Both the position numbers and the translations under genes were made by a program. From Chlorokybus atmophyticus (taxonomy: Eukaryota > Plantae > Mesostigma and Chlorokybus algae), in contig RHPI01002619.1 in assembly GCA_009103225.1 (NCBI GenBank), forward strand, positions 54,212-118,211: a DNA stretch of 64,000 nucleotides. The letters are read 5' to 3'. The notes below the pieces were generated by a model. The model was not told the DNA's origin. It searched no databases and saw only the letters and a list, made by a program, of their open reading frames with translations. Of the stretch, positions 1-20,717 are shown piece after piece. Within the stretch, counting starts at the first letter, position 1. Each line of letters begins with the position of its first letter.

Positions 1-848
1 GCTTTGCGCTGCCGATCAGCGGTTTGACCGCGCCGTTTATGCGTGCACATCGTTTGGTCACCCGTTGTTACTGATGTTAAAACGGTGGTCACCGCTGTGG
101 ATAAACAGTTGCGACGGCACGTATTATGAATGGGCTTGATTTCCGCACCAACTTGCACGGCATTATCATACTACCGCGCGGTATACAATTTATACACTTT
201 TGATTGCGATATTCTTGTGTACTATATGATATAATTTTTTTGAGGATAGTATACAAGAATCCATATACAGATATAGTCAAGACCATGTTCGCATATGGAT
301 TTAACAGTCATGTATACCACTTTTGCTTAATAATATATATATATATATGCAACACACTTGAAATGTGTACGTAAATTTTATAGATAGTAAGATATAAAGA
401 AATACAATGTGCAATGTTTAGTATGTGACTTATCATGTAATCACAACACATGAAAACCATTTTATATAAGATATACACACTGCCGAGCAACGACTAACAC
501 AAACGACTTCATACACTGGTCTACACTGGTCGTTGACGCCACACAGCTGATTAACACCCGTTAACGCACGACGGTCAGAGGGGAACAGCGCCGACAAAAG
601 GCGGCGAACGCGCGAAGAACACAGGTGACGATCAGAGGTGTTTACATTCGGTTCACGGTCTATCTCCGTCGCAAGACTCTTTCGGAGCCGTCCATCTAGT
701 GCAATGTCAGAGCACCTGCATAAGCAAAAGGCGTCTGGCGTCCTGACTGGTATGGGGCGGCAAGGAGTCACCGCCATATCATGCTTAATAATACGATCTT
801 ACCATTGCAAGTACGGTAGTGCGTTGGAGCTCTGGCAGGCAAGCAGCA

Positions 849-881
<33 letters not shown>

Positions 882-1056
882 GGTGGAGGCAAGCCAGGGC
901 GTCAAGGTTAGGATGGCGGCAATAGCGGGGTTGCGAGCTGCTGAATGCTTGTTATTGAGCTTCCACTACACGTTTTTGACATCGCTGCCTTGACCACTCG
1001 TCGTGCCATTAGGAAGGCCGGGGCGGCTAGGCCAAAAGCGGGCGGCGACGGGTGGG
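1..1056 (-). CDS. Possible exons of an unidentified gene running off the left edge
   Basis: Open GC-richer segments bounded by AG/GT-like sites (~1056-968, ~718-514, ~170-1) between AT-rich or microsatellite stretches. No recognisable domain, and exon phases are not firmly resolved. Confidence 0.22.
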
Positions 1057-1900
1057 ACCTCGCTCGCAGCTGGGTGTTGTGTTATACAACGTAGGATGTC
1101 GTGTGTTTGCTTATTGGTGAGCACAGGCCCTGTAATGCGTGCGATTGCAAGCATGCACAAACACGCGCGCGCGCGCGCGCACACGCACACACACATGCGC
1201 GCGCGCGCGCGCACCCACCCCATTCATGCAGCCAGCGCATGTGCACACATGTGTAGTGCAGGCAGCGCACCTATGTAGGTAGAAAACGAACTTGCATGCT
1301 TGCGTAGTGTAGGTGATGCATATATGAGCAGGTGCACGCACATGAGCTTACTCTTATATACGCGTGCGCATGCATTCTGGATGCATGTGCAAGCTTTACG
1401 TACACATGCAGGTGTGCATACTTATGTGCATCCGAGCATGTGTATATGAGCATACCGCATGTGCGCAACCCAGTATATGTGTGTGCAAGAAAGTTCATAT
1501 GCCGACATTGTGGGTTAATTGGACTGATGTAGTTGCTGAGGATGCTGTTGTGCAACTTGTATGCATTGTCTTCACATAGAAACAAATATACACACACATG
1601 TACATCAAATCCTTAAAGCAGAACCTCACGCGAACACATCAATGTCACTGACACATGCAGATCGACGCACACACTTGCACATCACATAAACACAAAGGCA
1701 CACGCAAGCAAAACATGCGCTCGCGTACACACAGCCACACCGACACACGCACATGCAAAGCTGAAGAGACACTTGTAATATGTTATTGACAAATACTTGC
1801 TTTCATCCCTTGAGAGTGTTGGCCATTGGAGCATATTGTATACCTTAATATAAATGCATGCGCACGACATCCCGCTCCCCCCCCCCCCCCCCCCCCCCCC

Positions 1901-1991
1901 NNNNNNNNNNNNNNNNNNNNNNNNNNNNNNNNNNNNNNNNNNNNNNNNNNNNNNNNNNNNNNNNNNNNNNNNNNNNNNNNNNNNNNNNNNN
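1901..1991. other. Assembly gap (N) flanked by poly-C
   Basis: Run of N. Confidence 0.98.
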
Positions 1992-2319
1992 NCCCCCCCC
2001 CCCCCCCCCCCCCCCCCCTTTCTTGCGGCCTTAACGTTACTGAGTGTGTACGTGTGTGCTTATACCTGTATATACACATCTCTCATAGGTTTACATTCTG
2101 ATGTGTGTGCAGCTTAAGTCGAATTGCACACACACGCGCAAGCGGTGCGGAAAGTGATAGACTATGCCTGCATGCTAAGCTAACAGGGTAAGGGCTGTAG
2201 TGTAGGCAGGTAGCTAGCGTGTGTACATAGCCCGGTGGATACATATAATTGATGATCTGGCGTGTAATATGTGGCTGATGCATGTATGTTGTGTGAGTCA
2301 CAGCCACGGCATTGCATAT

Positions 2320-2780
2320 ATTCTACACACACACACACACACACACGCATGCGCGCGCGCGCGCCTGCTTGCACGCGCGCGCACACACACACATATACAC
2401 ATACATATGCACACACACACATATGTATATATATATGTATGGAAGTACATGCGTGTATGTATATACATATGTATATGTATATGTATATGCATATATGCAT
2501 GTGTATATGCATACATGCATATGTGTGTATATGTACATATGAAAATTATTTTTCAGTATAAGTATATACGACCATAAGACCATAAGACCATAAGACCATA
2601 TATAAGTATGTACGTAAATATATGCACATACGTAATTATAAATACATATATACATAAAAATATACATATATACACACATACACACACATATATATATATG
2701 CAAATATATGCATATAACAATATGTATCTTATTGTCATACTTTATATATATCTATATCTATATCTATATATATATGCAAG
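2320..2780. repeat. Low-complexity (CA)n/(TA)n/(GC)n tract including about 4 copies of GACCATAA (2570-2600)
   Basis: Visible directly in the sequence. Confidence 0.85.
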
Positions 2781-3380
2781 CGTATGCATTAAAAAACATG
2801 TATTGTATTGTCATACTTCATCATTGCAAAATGGATACATGCAACATGTACGTCACAATTGACGTAACTCAATTGACGCCAACCATGAAGGCCTAGACCT
2901 ACACCTAATACCGGTAGTTAAACGGGCATTCGCTGGTGCACTGATTGCCAATTAGCAGCTGACTGGGACACTCATTGAGCTGGTTGTCAGTCAGTGTCAG
3001 GTGCCTTGGTCAGTGCATATTGCACTGATCAAGTCAGCTGACAACGAGGACGGCTAACTATCACGTGATCAATGCACATCCGGCCAAAGCTTTTTGGGCG
3101 CAACTGGCTTACGTGGCATTATGACATCAAGCTCTAAGTTGTTCCGTGGTTATCTTTACTAAGTTCGAATTAAGCTACACAGAGCAACAGTATCCAACCC
3201 ATGGCGAAAGCACTCCGGTGGGGTCACGTGATCCCGCGTCTGGAAAGGGCACGCAAGCTAAGCAGCCATCCCAGCAAGACGGCGGCGGCGGCGGCGATGA
3301 GGGAGTTGCCACGGATGCTGTCCTGCCACACGAGCAGCATTGAGGTAGATTGCTAGGAATTCTCCCACACCTGCCCCAAA

Positions 3381-10805
<7,425 letters not shown>

Positions 10806-11154
10806 AAGGCTGGCTGCCCACCACACTATCCAAACCCCTGACTTGTGTCCGTGAATGCTATCGCAAAAGTTAGTACCATGCCACGTTCGCAGTCAGCGAT
10901 ACAATATTGTCTTATACGAACACTGTAGTACACTATTACCGGGCTGTATATGGCGGTAGATACATAACCTATAGCAATGCAGTTACGGCAGGAGGATGCC
11001 ACGCATTTGAGTAATGGCAACTCTGGCACGAACCGATTAATACCAAGAGTGTTACACTAGTACTACCTGTTGAAGTAACTAACACAACATTGTTAAGCAA
11101 CCGCTGTACATGCCTTCCTACTGTTCAGGTTGGTACGCGCAGGCTCGTGGCGGA

Positions 11155-12500
11155 CTACTTGGATGCTGATGAAAAGGCTATGACAGGAAACTGTACGGCG
11201 TCATCTTGTCTGGGAATGTGCTTTGATGTTGTGAAGGGTAGTGATCACCAGATGATGGTCAATACTTCGGTGGTGGTGTTGTTGGTGAACTCTTCAAAGG
11301 AGACCTCCTGTACAGTATCGCATCCTTGTGAAACATCACACAGATTGAATAATCTCCCGAGCCGCTGGGTTACATGTCCAGGTTCAACATCGCCTGCTGC
11401 TGTGCTACACGAGTCACAAGAACAAACCTGTATGGTGATGCCCGTTGTATGATCCATGAGCTGCAAGAACGCCAGCACACCTTGAGTCTGCAGCAACTGC
11501 CTTAGTTGTAAACCATCATTTGGACAACAGGCGACATAGTGTTGATTGCATGAATAGTTCGCAGCCTCACAGGGTTACCGTCTATATGGTTAGCCAGATT
11601 GATAGATTAAAGCGCTGGCCGGGCGACCGATATCTGCGCTTTTGATCTAAGATAATGTCAGGTCATGTTGTGAGCTGCAGCTGAGCTTTCGCTCTCATGA
11701 CCTGCAAAGCGAGCACCTATCAAGAAGCAAGCTGTGGCAACTAATGACATGTCAACTGCCACTCCGCAGGACGATCGACTGGAACCACAGACATCAGATG
11801 CTTGCATTCAACGTGCTTGAAAAGCTGCACCTCGAGCATGCCTTGAGGACTGTGTACGCCAGTTAGCTTCACACTTATGCCGCCGTTTGCAACCCGCCCT
11901 GGTGGACACTGCTGGTGCCCAAAGTGTACCATCTTGGCTTCATCCCATTTATCTACACATAAGCTTCTGAAATTTGTTCGTGAAACGAAAACTCAGAGGT
12001 TCGATTGTGCAGGCATAAACGTGGGCCATGTGCCTGCACACATGAAGGCGGCAAAGCAAAACGTGCCACAGCTTCGAGAAATGACTGCATCTATACATGC
12101 ATCTCATTACAGTGTGCAGCTGTCATTGTCAGCTACACAAGCTCCCTCACTTGAAGTTGAAGCTGAAATTTATCTACCAACCAAACTGAGACCTACCTAC
12201 CTACAAGGGCAACACGCAAGGCACGCGCAGCTTCATCACCTGCTGTGCATGCAGTCAAGCCAGGTGCGCTGGTTCGCTCTGTTGTTCCAACCAGCCTTAA
12301 GCTCGTTGGTGCATGCAGTTGATCAACCAGCATGACCTGAGACAAATGTCCACATGAGTTCAGGTTCACACAAGCTTACCTGACGTCCAGCACGCTGCTC
12401 CGCAAAGAGAGTGTCCACGACATTGCTGGCGAGCTCCTTCAAGCCCAGCAGTCCGTTGTAGTGATGACCTTGTCGACCAGTATCTTTCGCCGCCCCCCAT
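11155..12500 (-). pseudogene. Decayed paralog of the SAM-methyltransferase, downstream of and convergent with subtilase copy A
   Basis: Exon-by-exon similarity to 26223-27584. Exon 1 is frameshifted, motif I is eroded (HFGHQQC instead of DFGCGTG), and no clear counterpart of the third exon was found. Confidence 0.7.
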
Positions 12501-13148
12501 GGCTACGGGCGGGCGCCAAGCAACGCCGTCGCCCACTGCGCCACTAGGCCCCGGGGCCCATACCGCCAACGGCGACAACAACAAGCTTGCGCTTAAGCCG
12601 GCAATTTCAGCATGCTGGCTTGCTGCTGCCTAGCCCGTTGGACTGGTTGCTCGAGTGGACTGCATGGGAATGAGTTGAGGATTCACGAGAGTCACAATGC
12701 AGGGTTGCCTATGCGGGCAGCGGTTACTGACCAAGGGTCAGGCTTGGGAGTGTTGCGTATTGCCTACCATTCCCTCACGTGAGCAGCACTATGGCATACA
12801 CGCTATGCAGATGTTAATGCACAGTCAGTGTACGTGTGTACGTACAGTAGTGGTTTCTCTGTGAGAATCACTGTGAGTGACTGTGCAATGTGACGTTAGC
12901 ACTGGAGTCAAGTAGCGGCACATTGCAACACCCGTGCCAATCAACACAACCACTGACAAAAAGCGAAACACTTGTTCACATCAACCAAGCTAATAAGTGT
13001 ATCCATCATGCATTCCTAGCTCAAAAACACACAGCGCAGCCGCGGGCAGGGAGGGGACTACAGCAACTCGCCATAGCTGATTCAACAGGTAGTGAGTCAA
13101 TGCAGGCGTTAGGGAGGTGGGGGAAATCAGCAACTACATGTTGCTGAT

Positions 13149-16100
13149 CTATTCCTCTGTTGTTGCGGTTTTGCGACCCCTCTTTGAAGTCCCGTTTCGC
13201 GCAGCAGGCTTCTTCTCAGCAGCAGCAGCGGAAACCGCCGCTTCACTGCCAGCCAGCACTGCAGCTTTTTGCCTCAGATCTGCTTTCAATGACTGCACAC
13301 TATCCTCATAGGCTTTCCTCGCTGACTCCTGCTCTTGTGCAGCCTGCATACAAAGCATGCATTGATGCGTTGAATGTGGTACTACCAACGCTTGTTATAT
13401 CAACTGCAACCACACAAGACAGCACCGTCGTACCTGCGAAGCTTGTGCGGCTGCAGCCTGCACAGCAGCAAGTTCTTGTTGCAAGCTTGAGACCTTCTGG
13501 TTCAAGTCCTGAACACTCTTTTGTTGCTGTGACAGTTCCTCCCTTGCTTCAACCAGCTGCAACCAACACACAAGCTTAATCAGCCCAGTCACGGACAACC
13601 ACAAAGCAAGTGCTGGTATGCCAAAACAACATGCGCAACATACGTCACTCTCTGCCGCTACTTGCGCATTCTTCGCCTGCCGTGCCTTGTCTACAAACTC
13701 CTCAACCATGGCCGCAGCGTCTGTGCGGATCTCGATGGACATGCTGCAAGGCCAAACCGCGTGGGTATTGCACGCCAAGCAACACAACTAAACACTTTGC
13801 AACAGGATGTCATTGGGCTCAACCTGGAGGCGTAAATTGCTTCCGCCACTCTCTTTTCATTCTTGGCGATCTGCTCTTCCAAGGCCTTCACCTGAGCCTC
13901 CGCGCGCTCTGCTGCTGTAGCTGACTCCGCAGCTCGTGCGCGTGTGTCAGCAAGCGTTTTTTCCACCTCCTCCAGCTTCCTGGCAATCAGAATAAATCAA
14001 ACAAGCGTTCAACTTCAAATGCAATTTCCAGCAACCAGAAACGTACTCAGTGCGCTCCTCCAGTGCAGCAATCTGTTGCCTCTGGTTGGACTTTGCCTCC
14101 TCCAAGTTGCGAATGCGCTCTTCTCTGTTGGTGATGGTCTCACGCAAGTTTTCAATTGCCGCCTCCATCTCTGCTGAGTCATCCTGTTGTGACGGCATAC
14201 AGTGTACCCTAGTTATGCGCTGACAGTTTTCTGGCCAGTGGCAAGCTAAACCCATACAACTGTCAGTGTATCTCATCGGTATCAAGGTTACCTGCAGGTT
14301 GTTGACCTCTTCCTGCAAATCAACTGCTTGCTGGTGCAGCTGCTCAGCAGTCTTCTTGTCCACAAGTATCTGGCGCGCAAGCTGGGTCTCACTGCTCTTG
14401 GTGCGGTCCAGCTCCTGTTGGGTAGTGTCAAGCTCCTCATTCAAGACAGTAACGTCCTTGATCAGTTTTGCTTCGGCTTCTTGTGCTTCAATCAACTTCG
14501 CCGCCAGGTCGGACACCTAGCAACAATGCATGTTTGGTCGTGAGATTGGCAGTGCATTAGGTGACATGTGCACACCAAGCTGGGCTGACAAAAGGACAGT
14601 GCAAGCACCTTGGCTTGCTCTGTCGTTAGTGCTGACTTGGCAGCATCCAGCTCCTCATTGAGGAGCGTGACATCCTTGATAAGCTTTGCCTCCTCTTTCT
14701 GCGTCTTTGTCAAGTCTGTTTTCAATTTGGACACCTGCACGTGTTTACTCAATATCCATGCCAGATGCCTTGGTGGACTGCATTATGGTCCATTTTATAG
14801 TCGGATATATGATCGAGCGCACGCAGAAAGAAGGTTGGGGAAGCATAAATAGGACTGCTCCTGCTCAACTAAAAATGCAGTCACAATATCGGCGCTCACC
14901 TGATCTTGCTCTTCTTCAAGAGCAGTCTCTGTTGTATGCAATGCAGTGCGCATCTGCTCCAACTGGGACTGTGCTTCTTCAAGTGATTGATTCGCCTGCT
15001 TCAGTTCTACCTGCAGGCTCTCAGCATTCTGGCGCTTGCTGGTCAGATCCGCCTGTGACTGCTGCAGCTGCTGCTCCAGTGATGCGGCCTTCTGCTGCAG
15101 TTCTGGCAAAATGCAGTGTGTTAAATTACAATCACTGGGATGTTCTGGACAACATAGAAACTCCTCAACTCATCGCCTCTCCTCCCAGCACACTTGCGAA
15201 AAAAGGTGGATGTATGCAAGCTTGCGTGACTGTTATAATATAATACCATGCAGCAGCAGCTTTTGTAACACGCACACGCACTCAATGACATAGACACCAC
15301 GCCAGCTGCCCCGCAACTACTGTGGAGGTGCCTTGTAACAAATCACAAACCGACTGCGCTGCTCAGCCACAACCTTACCTGCTTTTGCCTGATCTAGCTT
15401 GACCTTCTCCTTCTCCAGAGTATTGTACCTGCGCTCCTTGGCAGCGATTTCTGTCTCTAACTGAGCACGCTGTGATTTAGCCTTGGCGAGGTCTGCATCC
15501 AACGCTGCAACCTGCCATGCATGTGACTTCAGTTAGCTGGCAACCCACTTATCCGCCAACTGGCCTGCCTTGGCTGAACAAGCACGTGCCTTGGCGCGCA
15601 GGGAGGCAAGCTGTTCACTGGCAGTCTGCAGCTCTTTCTGCAGACTCTTGCCAGCGGATTGCTCAGCATCTAGCTGGCGCTGCAGTGCTGTTGCTCGCGC
15701 TTGTGCCTCCGTGGCGGTTTCGGCAGCAGCTGCCCGGGCCTTTGCTAGCTCAGCATCTTTTGCCTTGTTCACCTGCTCTTGCTGCTTTTCCAGCTGCTCA
15801 ACTGACACCTTGGCGGCATTGAGCCGACGGCGCATCTGGTGATGCCATATGCAGTGTTAGCATATAGACGTGGCTGGACAACAGCTGGGCGACAAGTGCA
15901 TATATATTGTTGTCGGGGGAACACGATGCGGTGACAGACTTGCCACCATTATTCATGCAACATGTTTGGGCCATACCTCCTCTGTCTCCTCCTTCTGCTT
16001 TGCGCTTTCACGCGACTGTGTCACCACAGTTGCTGCCAATGCGCCGGAAACAACAATGCCGAAGCCATTGAGCAACGTAAACGGGTTTTGCGACCTTTCC

Positions 16101-17710
16101 TCCGTTTCCACTCGTGCAGTGGCATTTTGTGCAGGGGCAGCTGCCTCATTGCTCTCAGCAATGGACAGACTCTCGGGATCCCTCAATCTGTCAACAATAT
16201 CAATCCCTTTACCCAAAGACTTTTGCTGTTGCTCTGCTAGTGGCGTTGACAGGTTTGGACTGGCAATTTCGCTGGTTGAAGAGTCGGAAAGGGGTGTATC
16301 CTGACTAGCAGCTGGATCCACAGCTGACTGTAGTGAGGTATCAGCACTGGCAATATCGGTGCTTGAGACCACGGACTCCTCAATGGACTCAGATTCAGCA
16401 CTGGCAATGTTGGTGCTCGAGACCACAGGCTCCTCAATGGACTCGAATTCAGCATTGGCAACGTCTGTGCTTGAGACCACAGCTTCCTCAACGGACTCAC
16501 TCTCGGGCGTAGTGACTGGACTCTCCAACTCTGCGACACTTTGCGCTTCCTCTGCAGATTGAGCATTTTCGCGGAACTCTGGCTCAACATAACTCGAACC
16601 TCCAGTCACTGAAAAGACAACAAAAGTTGCCAGCGCAAAACAGCAACACAACCAGCACAGATAGCCAGACTGTGCTTGATATCCTTGATACAAGAATGAT
16701 GCGATGGCCTGCAGGGCGATTGCTTGCAAGACTACCTCTTCGCCACAGCTCCAACAGTTCCTCCCGAGTTACTTCCGTGGCTGCATTAAATAGCACTCAA
16801 TGTCAGCAGTGCAGCACCTCACCCTGCTGTTGCATAAGCCAACTGCAATGGACAATGTGCGACATATACAATGAACGTAGGCTCAACTGCATGCGCCTTG
16901 TGTACTACTTTTCACGTTCAGGACGAATTCTGTCCATATATACCTTGCAGCAACCAAGCTTGCCTGTTTCCTTAACGCACTAAACTTACAGCTATCTGAT
17001 AACTGACAACCGAGACTGTACGAGCAATCGTTGGACAGCTGGTGGGCACTTAGTGGTGATGATGAAAATATGCTCATGTGCAACTCAGTGAGCAGCATGA
17101 CTGGCGTGGGCCACGTCACTTGTACCATTGTCAAACCAGGTTTTGCACAGTGTACCTGACTAGGCAGGAGGTGCCTAACTCGACAAGCGCTGTTCAAGTT
17201 GTTTCAGAGCAATTTATCAATTATAGCAGTAAAAGAAACAATTTACTAAAGGTACTAGGAAGACTGCAGTAAAAATATCGTGGGCAGAGACATGCATGAG
17301 GTAGAGGGCAGGCATAGCTTACCGCCGACCGACTGAGCAGCAGCCTTCCTAACGAACATGAACGGCAGCAACGCCGAGCCCGCAAGCAGAACAGATCTGC
17401 GCGAAAAATGGTCTCGCGCATCATCGTCATGGCCCTGCTGCCATGCACACCATCAGCGCTGCGCAATGCACTCGCGTCCCAAACAATGGTACGCCGTTGA
17501 CAACCTGCTGCATGCAACAAGAGGCGAGCCACAACGCTTCACCTGCGCTGAGCAGCGGGTAGCCTGCGGCCGGGGCGGCGCAGCAGATCTGGGCGGCGCC
17601 CGCCGCCTGGCGGCAACCGGGGTGCCCCGCCGCCGCTGCGGCAGGCGCTGGCTCTGGTCCAGACAGCAACAGGGTGTCGCGGAGGCGGGCGGAGGCGCAG
17701 TCGCCGCCAT
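13149..17710 (-). CDS. MFP1: MAR-binding filament-like protein 1 homolog (plastid long coiled-coil protein)
   Basis: Transit-peptide-like exon 1 (MAATAPPP..RCSAQ), an acidic region, the hydrophobic motif NPFTLLNGFGIVVSGALAA recalled from plant MFP1, then many heptad-rich exons ending KTATTEE-stop. The family call is from motif recall, not a search. Confidence 0.72.
16341..16502. repeat. Three tandem 54-bp (18-aa) repeats within the MFP1-like coding exon
   Basis: Units start at 16341, 16395 and 16449 and encode ESxEExVVSSTxxAxA on the minus strand. Confidence 0.9.
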
Positions 17711-18149
17711 GGCTGGCTAGCCTGACCCTAACCTCAGCCGCCCGGTCACGTGGACAACGCCGCCGGCAATGCCACTGCCGCCGCCGCCACCACCGCACAC
17801 GCGCGAAGCCACTTGCAGCATGCAGCCAATCAGCTCGTGTATGCTGCTGCTCGAGGCCCTTTCCTGGCCGTAAACTCCGCCTCGTGCAGCACGGCGCTCA
17901 CCACCAGCATGTGGGGTGCCACACTGGGATCAGTGATCGTTGAACACCCTTGCGACCGTAATGGACGATCGCGGGCGATCACGAAAGCAGCAGGATGTGA
18001 AGCAATGCAAAACAAACCAGCCCATCTCAGGTTACAGTCTACCCCCGTTATACGAATCATATTCATACTTCAACTTTTCATTTCACTACGGGGTTATGCT
18101 CTTGGCGCTTATAAGAATAGATATTGTTGTATTGTTAGAAGGATATATG

Positions 18150-19450
18150 TTCCACCAACAGGGCTATTGCCTGAGAAGCCCAAGCCACGTCATTATATGC
18201 TGACGTGGCGGAGATGAAATTATTAAGTAAAGTAGGCAAAATGTAATTATATGTTTTAATAAAATGAGTAACCATGCTAGCTACCAGGTTTTGCTCCGTT
18301 ATCAGATTGAGCCCACTTAAGATTCCAAGCCATCGCTTTAGTGTATTACGTACAAGACTATTTTGGTAACCAACAGGTTTTCCTGTCACACCATCGGTCT
18401 TATGCAAATCTATGATTTAAACGTATTCCCTTAAACCAAACTTCTAATAGGGGTAGACTGTATCAGTAAGGCAGCAAAGGTGTTTTGGTGATGCAAGTTC
18501 CTTTGAGGCAATCTCTTTCAATTTAATGAAAAACTCAGCAAAATACAACAAAATAAGCTATGACGTAATGTAATGTGCAGTGTTATCAAAACAAGCATCC
18601 TTAAAATATGAAGTTTTAGATATTACTGTAAATAATCTGCTTTATATATGTATGAAATATTTGCAGCAGATGTGCACAATTACCCAGACATAATGTGATA
18701 AAACCATTATCGTTCAAAGTAATATGTGTGTGCATGACGAGACCTTGTAAACAGCTAGCTCTCAGGTTGTTCAACAACCGTAGATAGCCATGCATATGCA
18801 CGTTTTGTTAAGTGTTTGAAGAGAGACCTTCACAGAAAGTGTTGTAAAACCAATAATCTTATAAACATCATGTCATAAATGTGTGATATGTATATACATG
18901 TGCATATAAGTTTCCACTTAAGTGAAGAATATTGAGTTGATATCAAGTCGAATATTAATGCAATTCGTCAAAAGACATTTCAATACACGTGCTGACGCAT
19001 ATGTATGCGATGCAAATTTGTACTCATATATCATAAATGTGTTTGCTTAATACATTGTCATGAATTTATTGAACTTGCATGATGCAATCACGGGTCTCAG
19101 CTGCGTTGTTTCGGTTGATAAATCAGCACAAATGGTGTCTATATATAATGAAGTATGCATTGGCCATTATGGTGATAAAATGTCACTTTAACTAAAGTGT
19201 ATCACTCAAATTTAAATTTGTTATACGAGTGGTGACCGTAGTGTACACTCTCAAGGTCTCAAGCCATACACAAGTCCTCATACGTTTAAAGCGATGCGAA
19301 TTCAATCACGTTTATATAACATTGAAGGCTCATAAACATCAAAAAGGGCTTTCGCTGAGATATTCGTTGACTTTTGTGCATATAATGGCGCTTTGATGAT
19401 GTCGTGACAATACTGACTATATCAATGAACAAGACTATGTACCACTAAAC
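18150..19450 (-). mobile_element. Probable highly degraded non-LTR retrotransposon (LINE) reverse-transcriptase relic in an AT-rich island
   Basis: Visibly AT-rich with many stops. Manual translation of the minus strand gives eroded motif-like peptides in RT order: ITIMANAYFI (~19175), MSFDELH (~18970), CLQG (~18750), CFDNT (~18590), KRWLGI (~18335), AYNDVAW (~18200). Confidence 0.4.
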
Positions 19451-20258
19451 TTCCTCGTGTTTTACACAATTGCAGGCAATTGCAACTTATGAGCGTAGGT
19501 TAATGTGACGAGTTACACATGGAGAAAACACAAACACCACATACCGGGCACATTTTGGCTCAGTTTCATGGCGCCACTTGACTGGTCCACTCCGGAGCAG
19601 CCCAAGGCCTAGAAAGTGGCCATCGAAGTGTTGCGGTTTTGTTGGATTTGACAGATTGCTGATTTTCCGACTGACGCGCGCTACGGCACGTGCAGGAAGC
19701 GCAGTGTACGTGTCAGCAGGGAGCGGTTAGAGCCCCAACTCCCTGCTGGCGCGATGCCCCTCCGCCGGGTTTCCCAACGCGCCCGCACCGCGCGAGCTTG
19801 TGCTTCTGTTGCTCGCCCTAAACTGCAGGCTTTCTCGTTGCGTCGAGGCCACAGCGCAGGGTGCAGGCGGCGGCGGCGGTGGTGTTGTTGACAAGAGGGT
19901 GGTTCAACACAGGCTAGGTGCAAGCTTGCGCTCACCGGCAGTCATCGCTGCACGAAACGCCAGTGTGCTTCTTCCCACGGTTCAACACGTAGGTTTGTCG
20001 ATGTCAGTGTCTGTTCGTCGTGAGTCCGAGAGCGTTGCTGCACAGTGGAGCGTGCGTTGACTCTCATGCCAGCTGTTACAGCTCATCTAACACCTTGCTT
20101 GACATCATAAGCTGCAAGCCGTCTCATCCCAGCTAGTCAGGGTGTGTTTTCTTCCACGCTGTGGGGTCATGTCGCCATGCACAGCCACTGATCAAGTGTG
20201 CCTTACCGCTGAAGAGATGAACTGATACTGAGGTATGTGCGCAGTGTGTGCGGCAGCT

Positions 20259-20717
20259 ATGGCCAAGAAAACAACAGGGCTGATGAAGCCGTTGAAGATT
20301 TCACCAGAGCTTGGTACCTTCTTGGGTGTGGATGAGATCAGCCGTGCAAACGCGATCAAGGAGATCTGGAAGTACATCAAGTCAGAGTCCCTGCAGGCAA
20401 GCACATATGAGTCTTGAACTCAACCTCCAGTATGTTAGTCGCGCTGTCCAACGACTGGCTGTCATGCACAACGCATACCTGTTACAAATGTTAAACTATG
20501 CAGCATCTGCAGGATCCCCAGAACAAGCGTGAGATCATGTGCGACAAGAAGCTGAAGGGGCTGTTCCACCAGGATCGTGTGCACATGTTCCAGGTAAGCA
20601 ATGTGGTCGGCATGCAAGCATAGCTCAGCGTGCAGGGGCTACTGCAGTAAGCAGCTGCTTACTGTGTTTGTGCAATGGCAGGTTTCAAAGCTTTTGACCC
20701 CGCACTTTGTCAAATAA
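20259..20717 (+). CDS. SWIB/MDM2-domain protein (small, plant organellar type; upstream transit-peptide exon(s) likely but not resolved)
   Basis: Spliced peptide MAKKTTGLMKPLKISPELGTFLGVDEISRANAIKEIWKYIKSESLQ|DPQNKREIMCDKKLKGLFHQDRVHMFQ|VSKLLTPHFVK-stop has the typical SWIB signature. Confidence 0.88.

Noticed and set aside
2570-2600. GACCATAA tandem array considered as CRISPR-like
   Set aside because: An 8-bp unit with no spacers in a eukaryotic context: a simple tandem repeat.
1000-2900. Numerous Cys/His/Tyr/Val-rich short ORFs
   Set aside because: Products of CA/TA/GC dinucleotide repeats.
3010-3028. 8-bp-stem hairpin TCAGTGCA-TAT-TGCACTGA considered as a MITE end
   Set aside because: Too short, and no partner terminal repeat or target-site duplication was found.
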